A stretch of 61,964 bases of DNA, counting the filler, from Perkinsus olseni (taxonomy: Eukaryota): NCBI GenBank assembly GCA_013115125.1. It is 11 parts of 11 records of this genome, joined end to end, with 100 filler letters (N's around TTAATTAATTAA, not from the genome) between each part and the next. Parts side by side here need not be neighbours in the genome. Positions count along the whole stretch, not along the records: positions 45,370 to 50,870 come from JABANN010001183.1; positions 50,971 to 56,418 come from JABANN010001185.1; positions 56,519 to 61,964 come from JABANN010001186.1; 8 more parts are not named here. The stretch is one strand, 5' to 3'. How positions within the stretch are numbered: the stretch's first letter is position 1; each line of letters begins with the position of its first letter. Made by a program: the position numbers and the translations under genes. Of this stretch, positions 48,501 through 58,936 are shown one piece after another. Below the pieces are notes generated by a model, which did no database searches, was not told the origin of the DNA, and saw only the letters and a list, made by a program, of their open reading frames with translations.

Positions 48501-49424
48501 TCTAAGAGAGCTCATCAGCTTCTCCGCCCAGTCATCTATATCCTTGGTGGAAGACACCTTGGGTGTCAGAATTGGCACTTTCCCAATGCTCTTATCAAAT
48601 ACCTCCCAGTTGGTTTTCCTGGGGTCCCTGCGAGACTTGGCCTTCCGTTGCTGGCCCATTGTCCTGAAGGTAGCGAGGATTCCTCGATGGTCCCCTATTG
48701 TGTCCGTCATCTCTGTTTTCACCCAGTGCAATCCCCTCGAGGCTACCATGTCAATGTAGCTCGGCGACCTCGTTGGGTCATAGGGGATGAAAGATGGTCC
48801 CGCTCCCACATCATTAACCGACAGTAGGGAATTCTCCAAGAGGAAGAATTCCAGGTCCTGGCCTCGCCTCCACTTCCCATCCGGGTCACTTCCTGTGAAG
48901 GTGTCGGGCGACCAAAGGCCCGAGCTCGCGTTCGTGTCCCCTCCCAGTATGAGGATTTCCTCTAGATCATCCGCGACCGCCTGGTCTAGACCCCTTATAG
49001 TTTCCGCCATGGGAATCAGTTTGTCAGCGTAGAGGCTAACAAACTTGGACCTCCAATTGTCCGTGCTGGCATGCACCACTGCTATGTCCTCTGGCTGTTG
49101 CTGGACTTGGGTGATCCTGCAATGGCGAGGTATCAAGATTGCTGCTCTACATAACTCTCTGGCCCCTGGGTTCGGAGCTCTCGGGTTTCTGGCCGATCTA
49201 ATTACCGTGAAACCATTATAGGTATCCTGGGTCATGAGCTGTCGTGGGCACTCTTGTAGTAGAATGACCACGTCCTTCAATCCTTTGTCTACGATATTAC
49301 ACTTGAACCAGTCCTCTAAAACCCCCATACTCTTACCTACATTGATCGATGCCACTGTAAGGTAAGTGTGTCCGGCAGCCTCTCTGGGGTTAGTAACTGG
49401 GCTGCCGTCGATTGGGGTGATCAT
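45597..49424 (-). CDS. LINE ORF2, 1275 aa, intact
   Basis: APE motifs (SINV, LLQE, GGDTNA, YIDM, GDH); RT (KAPGWDG, RPVSL, DLKSAFD, ITQGGSLSP, FADD); RNase H (YSDGS, AEQLG, LDS, GHAG..GNEASD); C-terminal CRHC..ETLVHWCWC. Confidence 0.95.
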   Translation of the reverse strand: MITPIDGSPVTNPREAAGHTYLTVASINVGKSMGVLEDWFKCNIVDKGLKDVVILLQECPRQLMTQDTYNGFTVIRSARNPRAPNPGARELCRAAILIPRHCRITQVQQQPEDIAVVHASTDNWRSKFVSLYADKLIPMAETIRGLDQAVADDLEEILILGGDTNASSGLWSPDTFTGSDPDGKWRRGQDLEFFLLENSLLSVNDVGAGPSFIPYDPTRSPSYIDMVASRGLHWVKTEMTDTIGDHRGILATFRTMGQQRKAKSRRDPRKTNWEVFDKSIGKVPILTPKVSSTKDIDDWAEKLMSSLRKALVVSTPKNKAAGKTRPTASWWTRELDQLRKKLKKAQRSLRVAHRTGAPDAGAREEAKQARKDYNKAIARAKGQGFKRGMSEITEREASKFLKYKHTPRTEYDKEAVLSYYIGEDNRPSTTVVRTRCPSLLGPLGGEIQAAELERMLKQIKGKRNKAPGWDGASYEHVVRAMEHPECRWRIQFTKLVESCLDWGHHPMPFKRADWVLLDKGRGVGPRAVRPVSLTATTAKAIEVLLKNRISARTTPPRGVHGFTRSRSCSTALEAVARVVHNKDKDGLKTALCTWDLKSAFDHVSHAHLKESVIKATSSAAWGEYIESYLADNKVVLDGSSRVRTRGITQGGSLSPCIFSIGTYSLEKSLRHEVRAGGRLVLTVEPRIFADDALAIIRALDVVTLSRGISQSTDSVESWAKRADMATDPEKHEILCLTDDTGELLREELSRERPEEVVHLKREMKWLGVWISKNWRNHASRALTKAGALVARCRRLAGADWGASPEVLLKTWKQSVVSTLLYSVEIWAPASDLKWFQDKCTRLEACLGRMLMGCVRATPTELMAKVASTVARPIWWEARRRTAKYWLHANDTECPGWIAKLLKKWGVSNPEGPKERQIGRDWDPPRDLRLAPEGIERDEGTPGTLTYYSDGSLLALSKTRMEVGSAVVKVIHNKYDASGWLEDFRPFKIDGPANICQAEQLGVLKGLQWSKEVVDQGGERGDGVKAIKICLDSRSAIQSIGGSKETELIRSIRSLVEELTAASIRVCIAWTRGHAGDPGNEASDLAAAIGRRGEAGNVRMCSVPTPCDFTAREIRQRAEVELEERWEKKARGLACNRIGLTYGREQLNTITRRCLRARRGPRRKVWELLSYHSNTRGYRGRSKEYGNQPMTCRHCGKHKETLVHWCWCESREMRKARWAAFRRRIPDGRWSRDTPTVQGMRLIRESICGDGFWKMIKFLRLVAPDWSSGGGQSRRH

Positions 49425-50619
49425 TGTGAGCGTCCGGCCTCTCTCTGGCCGGATGGAAACCCATTATTGCTCAGTCCCATCTTCCAGTCGTCACCCAGGC
49501 CGCCGAGGGGGGTTGCGTTCACTGGTGAAGAACCCACTGTACCCTGACTTTCCACCACAGAGCAGTACTCCGAAGATGCATCTGCTTCTGATGGCGCAGT
49601 GTCCGCCCAGTCGAATCTTGCTGCAGGTAGCGCACCCACTGCAGGGGGTGGGGATTCCATCCTGAGTGTAGCGCCCCTGCGGTTGGCCCCTACGGTATGT
49701 CCTCTGGGTTCTGGTCGTTCCTTCCTGCAATTCCCCTCCAAGGCTGAATGCCCCGTAGCGTTACATATCGAACATACACGGTGAATGCCCCTGAAGCCTC
49801 TCACCTCCGGGCATTCCCGAACCTGATGCTTCTTGCCACAGTTGATACACTGTGGGTTTGCCGTACACTGATCTCCCACCACCGGGTGTAGCTTGCCGCA
49901 GCGGTAACACAGTGGGTTAGGGGACATTTTTGATATCCTGTAGGAATCCTACAGTAGGATCTTAGTCCGATAAAGACCTTACCCACCTTCAACACCCCTT
50001 GAAGATCCGTCCTAGGACCTTTAATTATATAGGCCCCGCTCCTCGTCCTGCGGCTAACTCCTACTCTGGAGAGGTCTAGCCCGTTTTTGGACAACAGTTG
50101 TTGCTCCAATTCGTCCTTGCCCAGCTGGAGGTCTTGTGGTGTTGCGATCCTCAAGACCAACTCATCCTTGGCCACGAATTTTGTGACGAGCGCTCCCCTC
50201 GTCTGCTGCTGGATAGCTGCCCTAATTTTAGTGCTTTCCCTATCATCTGGCACCAGCACTCCTAAGCCTCCCCTCGTAGGGAAAGTGTTCAGTACCCTGG
50301 TTTTGCTCAAAATAGGGCTGATTATCTCCCTCAAACCCTCTAGTTCCACTTCCGTCAGTCTCATCCACGAGCCGTTCTCCAGGATTTTGTCTGTGGTAGT
50401 GACTGCAATGACTCCAGGGTTCGGTTTCCCCTGTGCCGCTGCTTTACCCGTTGTGACCCTATGCCTCGGTGAGGCTTGTAAGCCACCCCCGGTGCCTTTA
50501 GATCTGCCGCGTTTGGCTACTGTGACCCAACTATTGTCCTGATTCGACGGAGATGCTGACGCAGGTCGGCTTCCTCTTCCCACGGGGGGTTGAGAAGATT
50601 TAGCGCGAGCTGGGTTGAT
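49421..50619 (-). pseudogene. LINE ORF1 (gag-like, three CCHC knuckles), frameshifted by a 14-nt insertion at 49940-49953
   Basis: CYRCGKLH..C, CINCGKKH..C and CSICNATGH..C. Removing the 14 nt fuses ORFs 49801-50583 and 49421-49927. Confidence 0.85.
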
Positions 50620-50870
50620 CGTCGTAGTGGTCGTAGTAGTTGTAGTAGTCGTGGTCGTGGTCGTAGTAGTCGTGGTCGTCGAAGTTGTAGTAGTCGTGGT
50701 CGTCGTAGTCGTGGTCGTGGTAGTCGTGGTCGTAGTAGTCGTCGTCGTTGTTGTAGTTGTGGTCGTGGTCGTCGTAGTTGTGGTACTCGAGGTCGTAGTA
50801 GTTGTGGTCGTTGTGGAGGTCGTAGTAGTTGTAGTAGTTGTGGTCGTTGTGGAGGTGGTAGTAGTTGTGG
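50620..50870. repeat. (GTN)n / (ACN)n tract on the 5' side of the LINE; the minus strand encodes poly-Thr with occasional Ser
   Basis: About 250 nt of ACN codons with interspersed TCG/TCC on the minus strand. Confidence 0.93.
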
Positions 50871-50970
50871 NNNNNNNNNNNNNNNNNNNNNNNNNNNNNN
50901 NNNNNNNNNNNNNNTTAATTAATTAANNNNNNNNNNNNNNNNNNNNNNNNNNNNNNNNNNNNNNNNNNNN

Positions 50971-51041
<71 letters not shown>
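50971..51041. repeat. (AAC)n microsatellite
   Basis: Pure repeat at the contig start. Confidence 0.97.
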
Positions 51042-51237
51042 AATAAGCATGAGTGAGAGAGAACAACAGAGAAGAAAACCGATGTCCAACCCTAGACCCA
51101 AACTACGAATAACTCAACATTGTTGCTGCTTGGTATGATAACTTACTATAATCAGAGAACAACACAGGCAGACGCCCAATTAGCAAAAAAAAACTAACCT
51201 GAACGATGTCAGAGGATATCAATTCGCGCTTGAAGAA

Positions 51238-52443
51238 TTACGCGTTACGCACAGACTCATCGATAGAATCGATAACGTATTGAATGTTATGCTTGTTCAA
51301 GCCGGCCATAGAGATACGACCATTCTTGAGCATGTAGATGTGATGCTTGTTGATCATACGCTCACACTGAGGGACAGTGAGACCAGTGAAGGAGAACATA
51401 CCAATCTGCTTCTTGATATGCTCCCAGGTACCGGGAGTACCCTTGGCGGTCAAACCGTCGGAAAGGAGGATACGCATCTGGCCAATCCTACCACTAATGG
51501 CCGTCAACTCAGCCCTCCACTCCTTCTCGAGAGCAGGATCCTCAAGAATAGTCTTGACAATTAAACCACCGTGGATCGGAGGAGAGGAGTACATAGGCCT
51601 AACGATGAGCTTCAGCTGACTGAGAGCGCGAGCAGCCAGATCAGCGCTCTTAGTCACAAAGTGACACATGCCAACACGCTCACCATAGAGACCGAAGTTC
51701 TTGGCGAAACTCTGAGCGACGAAGAACTCCATACCGGACTGGTAGAAAAGACGGAGAGCATAAGCATCCCTGTCCAAATCACCAGAAGCATAACCCTGAT
51801 AAGCGCAATCAAGAAGAGGAATGAGATGCCTCTCCTGAAGGAGCTTCTGGATCTCCTGCCACTCCTCGTGAGTAAAGTCCATACCGGTGGGGTTGTGAGC
51901 AACGGCATGAAGGAGGACCAAGGATCCAGCGGGAGCCTCAGAAAGGCAATCCATGCAACCGCTGAAGTCTAAGCAACGGTTCTGGTTGTCCCAGTACGGA
52001 TACCTCTCAATCTGCAAACCCGCACCGGCACTGCCGAAGACCTTCAGATGATTACCCCACGTGGGATCCGAAATATAAATAGTCGGCTTGTTGAGATACC
52101 TCGCACAGAACTCTCCAATGAGACGAAGAGCACCGGTACCAGAAATGGACTGGCAACTGGCAATCTTATCGTTAGACTCGCCAAAGAGAAGACGCTGAGT
52201 AAGAGGCTTGAGGGCCGGGAAACCATCGATGGGAGCGTACTCCTTATCGACCTTCATATCAGCCGCCAACTGCTGGTCGACCTTACGGACGACATCGAGG
52301 ACCTTGGGGTTGCCATTCTCATCACGGTAGGCACCAACACCAAGATTGACCTTCTGGGGGAAAGTGTCAGCCTTGTAGGCGGTAGTGGTACCGAGAATAG
52401 GGTCCGGAGGGGCCAAATCGCAACACTCGAAGATGGAACTCAT
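51238..52443 (-). CDS. Aspartate aminotransferase, copy 1, intronless
   Basis: APPDPILG, NLGVGAYRD, HNPTG, DCAYQGYASG, PLP-lysine motif SFAKNFGLYGER and GRISMAG. Confidence 0.97.
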   Translation of the reverse strand: MSSIFECCDLAPPDPILGTTTAYKADTFPQKVNLGVGAYRDENGNPKVLDVVRKVDQQLAADMKVDKEYAPIDGFPALKPLTQRLLFGESNDKIASCQSISGTGALRLIGEFCARYLNKPTIYISDPTWGNHLKVFGSAGAGLQIERYPYWDNQNRCLDFSGCMDCLSEAPAGSLVLLHAVAHNPTGMDFTHEEWQEIQKLLQERHLIPLLDCAYQGYASGDLDRDAYALRLFYQSGMEFFVAQSFAKNFGLYGERVGMCHFVTKSADLAARALSQLKLIVRPMYSSPPIHGGLIVKTILEDPALEKEWRAELTAISGRIGQMRILLSDGLTAKGTPGTWEHIKKQIGMFSFTGLTVPQCERMINKHHIYMLKNGRISMAGLNKHNIQYVIDSIDESVRNA

Positions 52444-53230
52444 GAATAACTTGAGAAATTAAAAAACTGAGAAACAGAAGAACAGTTACTCGAGGTCGAC
52501 CTGTCCGATAAACCTCAACTGAAGTATTCCGACAATACTTCAACGACCGGCATGAATGTTCCCTAGCGCCAAGAAGCGGAGATCCTAGCAAAGCTTAGCT
52601 AGCAAGCACACAGTCTGAAGCTTGAGAGAGCAAGAAGAAAGACTCATGACGGTGGCAGTGGATTATGGCATCGTATATCCCTCCTCGGGAACATACAACT
52701 ATGGGATATTTTATATGCAATCTAATCACGACAAGGCCGCGGAGTTTCTATCATACAAAAACTCCTTTTCCACACGCAGAGAAGTAATCAACACATTTGA
52801 AGCCTACATGACCATCCGACATCGGTACGAGTGCAACAGTCTCGAGAATGCTACCGGAGACATCGCAACGCCCTTGGGACATTTCTCTACAATGTGAGAA
52901 CAGGAAATGCTCACATTTGATAAAGATGGATTGCCGCTTCTTAAGGGAACAGGACTTATCTCAAAACAACGCCTATGCCGTTGAGCATGCATACTCACAT
53001 GACGAGCTGATAGGTCATCGATGACTAGTTCCCGACTCCGACCGCTGAGCAAAATCATCCCCAACCCTCTTGTGGCAACTAGACACAACACCGATATCAT
53101 GTACACAGCAAAAAATGACCGAAGTGATCCAGATCCTTCCACTGAGTAGCTTGAACAGCTTATTGAAAATGATATTTTGCAAACTCCTGCTTTAGGCTAG
53201 CAGCTGTCATAGTTCGCAGAAAACGAACGC

Positions 53231-54436
53231 CTACGCGTTACGTACACACTCGTCCATGGCATCAATAACGTACTGAATGTTATGCTTGTTCAAGCCGGCC
53301 ATAGAGATACGACCATTCTTGAGCATGTAGATATGATGCTTGTTGATCATACGCTCACACTGAGGGACAGTGAGACCAGTGAAGGAGAACATACCAATCT
53401 GCTTCTTGATATGCTCCCAAGTACCGGGAGTACCCTTGGCGGTCAAACCGTCGGAAAGGAGGATACGCATCTGGCCAATTCTACCACTAATAGCCGTCAA
53501 CTCAGCCCTCCACTCCTTCTCGTAGGCAGGGTTCTCGAGGATAGTCTTAACAATCAAACCTCCGTGGATCGGGGGAGAGGAATACATGGGACGGATGATG
53601 AGCTTCAGCTGACTGAGGGCACGGGCAGCCAAATCAGAGCTCTTGGTCACGAAGTGGCACATACCGGCACGCTCACCATAGAGACCGAAGTTCTTGGCGA
53701 AACTCTGAGCGACGAAGAACTCCATACCGGACTGGTAGAAAAGACGGAGAGCATAAGCATCCCTGTCCAAATCACCAGAAGCATAACCCTGATAAGCGCA
53801 ATCAAGAAGAGGAATGAGATGCCTCTCCTGAAGGAGCTTCTGGATCTCCTGCCACTCCTCGTGAGTAAAGTCCATACCGGTGGGGTTGTGAGCAACGGCA
53901 TGAAGGAGGACCAAGGATCCAGCGGGAGCCTCAGAAAGGCAATCCATGCAACCCTTGAAATCGAGGCAACGCTTCTCAGCATCCCAGTAAGGATACCTCC
54001 TGGTTTCCAGACCGGAGCCGGCAGCACCGAAGACCTTCAGATGGTTGCCCCATGTGGGATCAGAGATATAGATAGCCGGCTTGTTCAAGTGCTTGGCGCA
54101 AAAATCACCAATAATACGAAGGGCACCCGTACCAGACAAAGCCTGACTGCTGGCAATCCTATCACTGGATTCACCGAAAAGAAGACGCTGACTGAGGGGC
54201 TTGAGGGCCGGGAAACCGTCGATGGGAGCGTACTCCTTATCGACCTTCATATCAGCCGCCAACTGCTGGTCGACCTTACGGACGACATCGAGGACCTTCG
54301 GGTTGCCCTCCTCATCACGATAGGCACCAATACCGAGGTTCACCTTCTGGGGGAAAGTGTCAGCCTTGTAGGCGGTGGCAGTACCAAGGATCGGGTCCGG
54401 AGGGGCCAAATCACAGGATTCGAAGATGGAAGCCAT
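53231..54436 (-). CDS. Aspartate aminotransferase, copy 2, intronless
   Basis: Same motifs; start assigned to MASIFESC by comparison with the paralogs. Confidence 0.97.
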   Translation of the reverse strand: MASIFESCDLAPPDPILGTATAYKADTFPQKVNLGIGAYRDEEGNPKVLDVVRKVDQQLAADMKVDKEYAPIDGFPALKPLSQRLLFGESSDRIASSQALSGTGALRIIGDFCAKHLNKPAIYISDPTWGNHLKVFGAAGSGLETRRYPYWDAEKRCLDFKGCMDCLSEAPAGSLVLLHAVAHNPTGMDFTHEEWQEIQKLLQERHLIPLLDCAYQGYASGDLDRDAYALRLFYQSGMEFFVAQSFAKNFGLYGERAGMCHFVTKSSDLAARALSQLKLIIRPMYSSPPIHGGLIVKTILENPAYEKEWRAELTAISGRIGQMRILLSDGLTAKGTPGTWEHIKKQIGMFSFTGLTVPQCERMINKHHIYMLKNGRISMAGLNKHNIQYVIDAMDECVRNA

Positions 54437-54948
54437 GAGTAGAATTGAACAAGTAGTCCTGCAAGGAATGAGATAGTCAAAGCCGGCAGAAACTACACAA
54501 TCGTCCACCGAACTTAGCTCGGGCGTTTACAGGAGATATAGTACTTGACTTGAGCATCAACTGACTAAGGCACAGCGCAACATGAAATAATCTTAGCTCA
54601 CCGGGACAGAACACAATCGCCCACGAAGCTTACCGTAGAGATCGCTGAGGATCGCTACGACATTGGGACACATCTTACTGCTATTGTCTGGATTTGTCGT
54701 TTGCCCGTTACGGGTCATGTTCACTCCTCGACTACAAGGATCCCTTACCAGGTCACGCACGCCAGATAGCATTGGGCATGATAGAACTAGCTCGATGAAC
54801 AGCCGAAAGGACCTCCAAGTAACAACACAAGTAGCCATTGTTAGAGTACGTTGTATGAGTGGTTAGTGATGATGGAGGTACGCTACCTCGATAAATTGGC
54901 ATCACCGAATTTCTGAATGTCTTATTCTACAGAGGAAGAGAAACTTTC

Positions 54949-56276
54949 TTACGCGTTACGCACACACTCATCCATAGCATCGATAACGTATTGAATGTTA
55001 CCGTGATTCAAACCGGCCATAGAGATACGACCATTCTTGAGCATGTAGATGTGATGCTTGTTGATCATACGCTCACACTGTGGGACAGTGAGACCAGTGA
55101 AGGAGAACATGCCAATCTGCTTCTTGATATGCTCCCAGGTACCGGGAGTACCCTTGGCGGTCAAACCATCGGAAAGGAGGATACGGTACTTGGCAATTCT
55201 GCCGCTGATGAGCTTAAGCTCATCCTCCCATTCTTGCTCGAGATCAGGGTTCTCGAGGATAGTCTTAACAATCAAGCCTCCGTGGATCGGGGGAGAGGAG
55301 TACATGGGGCGGATGATGAGCTTCAGCTGACTGAGAGCGCGGGCAGCCAAATCAGCGCTCTTGGTCACGAGATGGCACATGCCGGCACGCTCGCCGTAGA
55401 GACCGAAGTTCTTGGCGAAACTCTGGGCGACGAAGAACTCCATACCGGACTGGTAGAAGAGATGCATAGCGTAAGCATCAGCCTCGAGATCACCGGATGC
55501 GTATCTGAAACGCAAATGCCGTAAGCTGGCAGCAGACAACGTCTCGAAATGCGAGTACATCCCGCGGAGCACGGTTCAACAAAGCGTAACATCCAATGTG
55601 ACCGCGAAAGAGAGCCAAGATCATGATCTTACCCCTGATAGGCATTGTCAAGAACAGGAACGAAGTTCTTCTCAGCAAGAAGCTTCTGGAGCTGCTGCCA
55701 CTGCTCATGATTGAAATCCATACCAGTAGGGTTATGAGCACAGGCGTGAAGGAGAATGAGGGAGCCAGCAGGGGCCTCACCGATAATCTTCAAGGTCCTC
55801 TCGAAGTTGATAGCACGATGCTCGTTATCCCAGTAAGGATACTTCCTAACCTCCAAGCCCGACTTCTCGAAAACCTTGATATGGTTACCCCAGGTAGGGT
55901 CAGAGATGTAAATCGCGGGTCGATTGAGGAACTTGGCGGCGAACTCACCGATAAGCCTAAGGGATCCAGTGCCGGACAAAGCCTGACTGCTGGCAATCCT
56001 ATCACTGGATTCACCGAAAAGAAGACGCTGACTGAGGGGCTTGAGAGCCGGGTAACCGTCGATGGGAGCGTACTCCTTATCGACCTTCATATCAGCAGCC
56101 AACTGCTGATCGACCTTACGGACGACATCGAGCACCTTGGGGTTGCCCTCCTCATCACGATAGGCACCAATACCGAGGTTCACCTTATTAGGGGAAGGAT
56201 CAGCCTTGTAGGCGGTGGCAGTGCCGAGGATAGGATCCGGAGGGGCCAAATCACAGGACTCGAAGATGGAAGCCAT
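54949..56276 (-). CDS. Aspartate aminotransferase, copy 3, with one 128-nt intron (55505-55632)
   Basis: A GTAAG...TTTCAG intron splits AYQG/YASG; splicing restores the frame. Confidence 0.95.
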
Positions 56277-56775
56277 TGATGAGTAGCTAGGAACGTAACT
56301 GATAGTGTTATGTTGCGCTTACTCGTTAAGAGACTTCCGACAGTACTCTACACCCCTCCACAAATTCTTAGCATATCCGGTCTTTCGACTCGTGCACTGT
56401 CACCTGGACGAGTACGGANNNNNNNNNNNNNNNNNNNNNNNNNNNNNNNNNNNNNNNNNNNNTTAATTAATTAANNNNNNNNNNNNNNNNNNNNNNNNNN
56501 NNNNNNNNNNNNNNNNNNCGCGGGTCCTTCCCCGCTCGGGCCGCTACATTTGTGAGGTACCCCGCATAGAGCGAGGCCTCCGTCCACCTAGACCTATCAC
56601 TTGCCTTACTTGTGCCTTTCCACGGCATTTACGACCCGCTGATCCATTCCACTGCTCTTTGTTTCGCTGGTTCACATATTTGGCTGCATGTATCGCGGAC
56701 TAATACGACCTGCATCGCAACACAATGAATGTCTAACTCGAGATCGCACGTCTAGCGGCTTTGCTGCGAGTGTGG

Positions 56776-58770
56776 CTAGATGGGGCAGTAAGTCTTAGGG
56801 GCGTCATGACCAACATGGAGATGTACCACCGGATCAGCAGGGAGTGAACCAATGATCTCGTGAAGAGTCGTGCGAGATGAAGCACAAGCGACACTGCTGT
56901 GGATGATCTTGAGAGCATCCGACCCGTCAGAACTCTCCGTGACAGCTGGGGAGTTGCTGGTTTGGGCGATAGATGCCTTGCTGTCGTTGGTGATAACCTT
57001 CCGACAAACACCACTTAGATGGCCGTTGCGCTTACATCTACCACACTTGAAGCTCTTGTGAGGACACTTGTGCTCGGGACCACGGAGTCGACCACACCTG
57101 CCACAACGCTCACTCTGCTTGAAGATGTGACGATGACGACATGAGTTGGCCTGGTGAGATGGTAGACCACACCGTAGGCAGTTCTCGGGCGGGATACCGA
57201 GCTCCTTGGTAGCTAGAGCACAGATGGTGATGATCTGAGAGTGGTCGATCTTCTTACCACCGCCTTTGCTTGGACCTTGGGGACGGGACTGACCGGACAT
57301 CGATGCCGTGAGATCGTCGGGCAGAGAGGTACCGTTGTCGAGGAAGGCAAAGAGAGCGAGCTTGTAGGCTTCATAGCCAAGCTGGCACTGAGGGTCGATG
57401 AGGCACCTTCCCAGAACTTCACGGGTACCACGAAGACCGTCGGCGAACTTAGCGGTGATGTCACGGTTGGATAGGCCATGAGTAGAGTAGAGTGCAGTGT
57501 AAATGTGTGCACAGTGCTCGAATCTCGTGGCGTACTGACGGACAAGCTCGTTGGGGAGTTGGGACACTTTGTCCCAGGCAGCGGAGACACTGCGCAACTC
57601 GAGCTTGGTCAGGTAGGTGTGGTCCAAGGCGTAGATGATGATGGTGTGACCGAACCTCTCAATGTCATCAGGGTGGACACTTCGCTCGATAGTGCCCTTG
57701 ACGAGCTCTGGCAGGCACTCCAGAACGGCCTCGGCGGCTACTTGTCGAGAACAAGGAACACGCTCGATAGCATCCGCGAAGGCAACACGCCACTTGGCGT
57801 AGCCACCGTTGTGATTGAGCTCGAACTTGAGACGGTCGTGGACAGGGTGACCGATGAAGACACGAGCCTGCTTGAGGGCCTGGTCGATGGGGCGCTTCGC
57901 AGCATCAGCTTTGACCTGCAGCGGACGGATTCCTGTAGGGCACGTATAGGTCTGGTACCCTCCGAAGGCTGAGCATACAGGCGTGGGGTTGAGCTGAGTG
58001 TCGACGTGAGAAGCGTCACCGACAGACAAGCTGGCGTGAGAGACCGGCTTTGGTTGTGGTTGTTGATGTTGATGTAAGGCAGCTGTAGCATTGGAGTGGA
58101 TGTGAGTGGCATCGGCTTGGACATCTGTGGTGGCCGTCAGAACACCGGGCACGATGTTGACGTTGGCTCGAGATGTTTGTGCCGTGCAGCTTATACGACG
58201 GTACTCCTTGACAGCAGCAACTGTTTCACGCTTCAACTGCGCTTGAGTAGGGATGGCAACCGTCCACCGGATCTCGAAGTGGTCCGATGCGGCGAGGTTG
58301 ATGATGACTCTCGCGAGTTGCCTCGACACTGCCGTGACCCATGGAGGAAGATCACAGCTTATGAGATGGTCGTCGGCCAGTCGGCAGAGATCAGCCGCCG
58401 CCGAGTCGAAGACCGAGGTTAATGTCGTCGTAACAACCACCACCGGGGATCTTGAGTCACCGTCTGATTGATCAGTTCTCGCATCTCCGCTTTCCGCGAG
58501 CGAGTCTGACGAACCCGATCCTGAAGCTGATTCCACTGCCGGAGCCGTGATTGGGCCGGATGTGGACTTTGCTATGACAGGGACAAGGGCATCAGAGGTG
58601 TTTCTCAAGGCCATCTGGAAGTCGACAGCAGGACCGGCTTCGATGTCCAGAAAGCACTTCGCCAGGAGCCTTTCGTTCTTGAAGATAGTTTCTCGGCATG
58701 CAGACCCCAACTTGTTAAGGAACCGCTGGTCGAAGGCCTCCGGACTAGAACTCGATGCAGTGATGGACAT
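56776..58770 (-). mobile_element. LTR-retrotransposon-type gag-like ORF (about 664 aa) with no recognisable pol
   Basis: Capsid/major-homology-region-like QLPNELVRQYATRFE and KFADGL, plus knuckles CLRCGLPSHQANSC, CGRCG..H.C and CGRCKRNGHLSGVC. Confidence 0.8.
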
Positions 58771-58936
58771 AATGATGCAATAGATTAGCAGTAGTGGTGG
58801 AGTATAGACATACTTAATAGATATTATCATCAGACTGAACGGGGAATATCCGAAACGGGTCCGTTTCGGGCGGAATCAGAATCTTGCGCTGTTAATGGCG
58901 CACGCCGAGAGACTGAAAGGCTGTAGAGTCTTATCA

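Larger units (their letters stand above)
45491..50620 (-). mobile_element. Non-LTR retrotransposon (R1/I/Tad-like architecture), about 5.1 kb, with an (AAAAC)n-type 3' tail
   Basis: Zinc-knuckle ORF1, APE-RT-RNaseH-CCHC ORF2, short 3' UTR and a minus-strand CAAAACAAAACAAAA tail abutting the repeat. Confidence 0.93.

Noticed and set aside
49801-49960. Programmed ribosomal frameshift within LINE ORF1
   Set aside because: A discrete 14-nt insertion explains the shift more simply, and no canonical slippery heptamer is visible.
50590-51101. Poly-Val, Arg/Ser/Gly and poly-Leu ORFs
   Set aside because: Translations of microsatellites that run into N gaps.
53282-54442. 386-aa antisense ORF, and similar ones at 55623-56279 and 51571-51972
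   Set aside because: Shadow frames of the codon-biased aminotransferase genes.
5634-56518. Recurring TTAATTAATTAA as a biological motif, and gene clustering across contigs
   Set aside because: It is an artificial linker, and the contigs are ordered by length.
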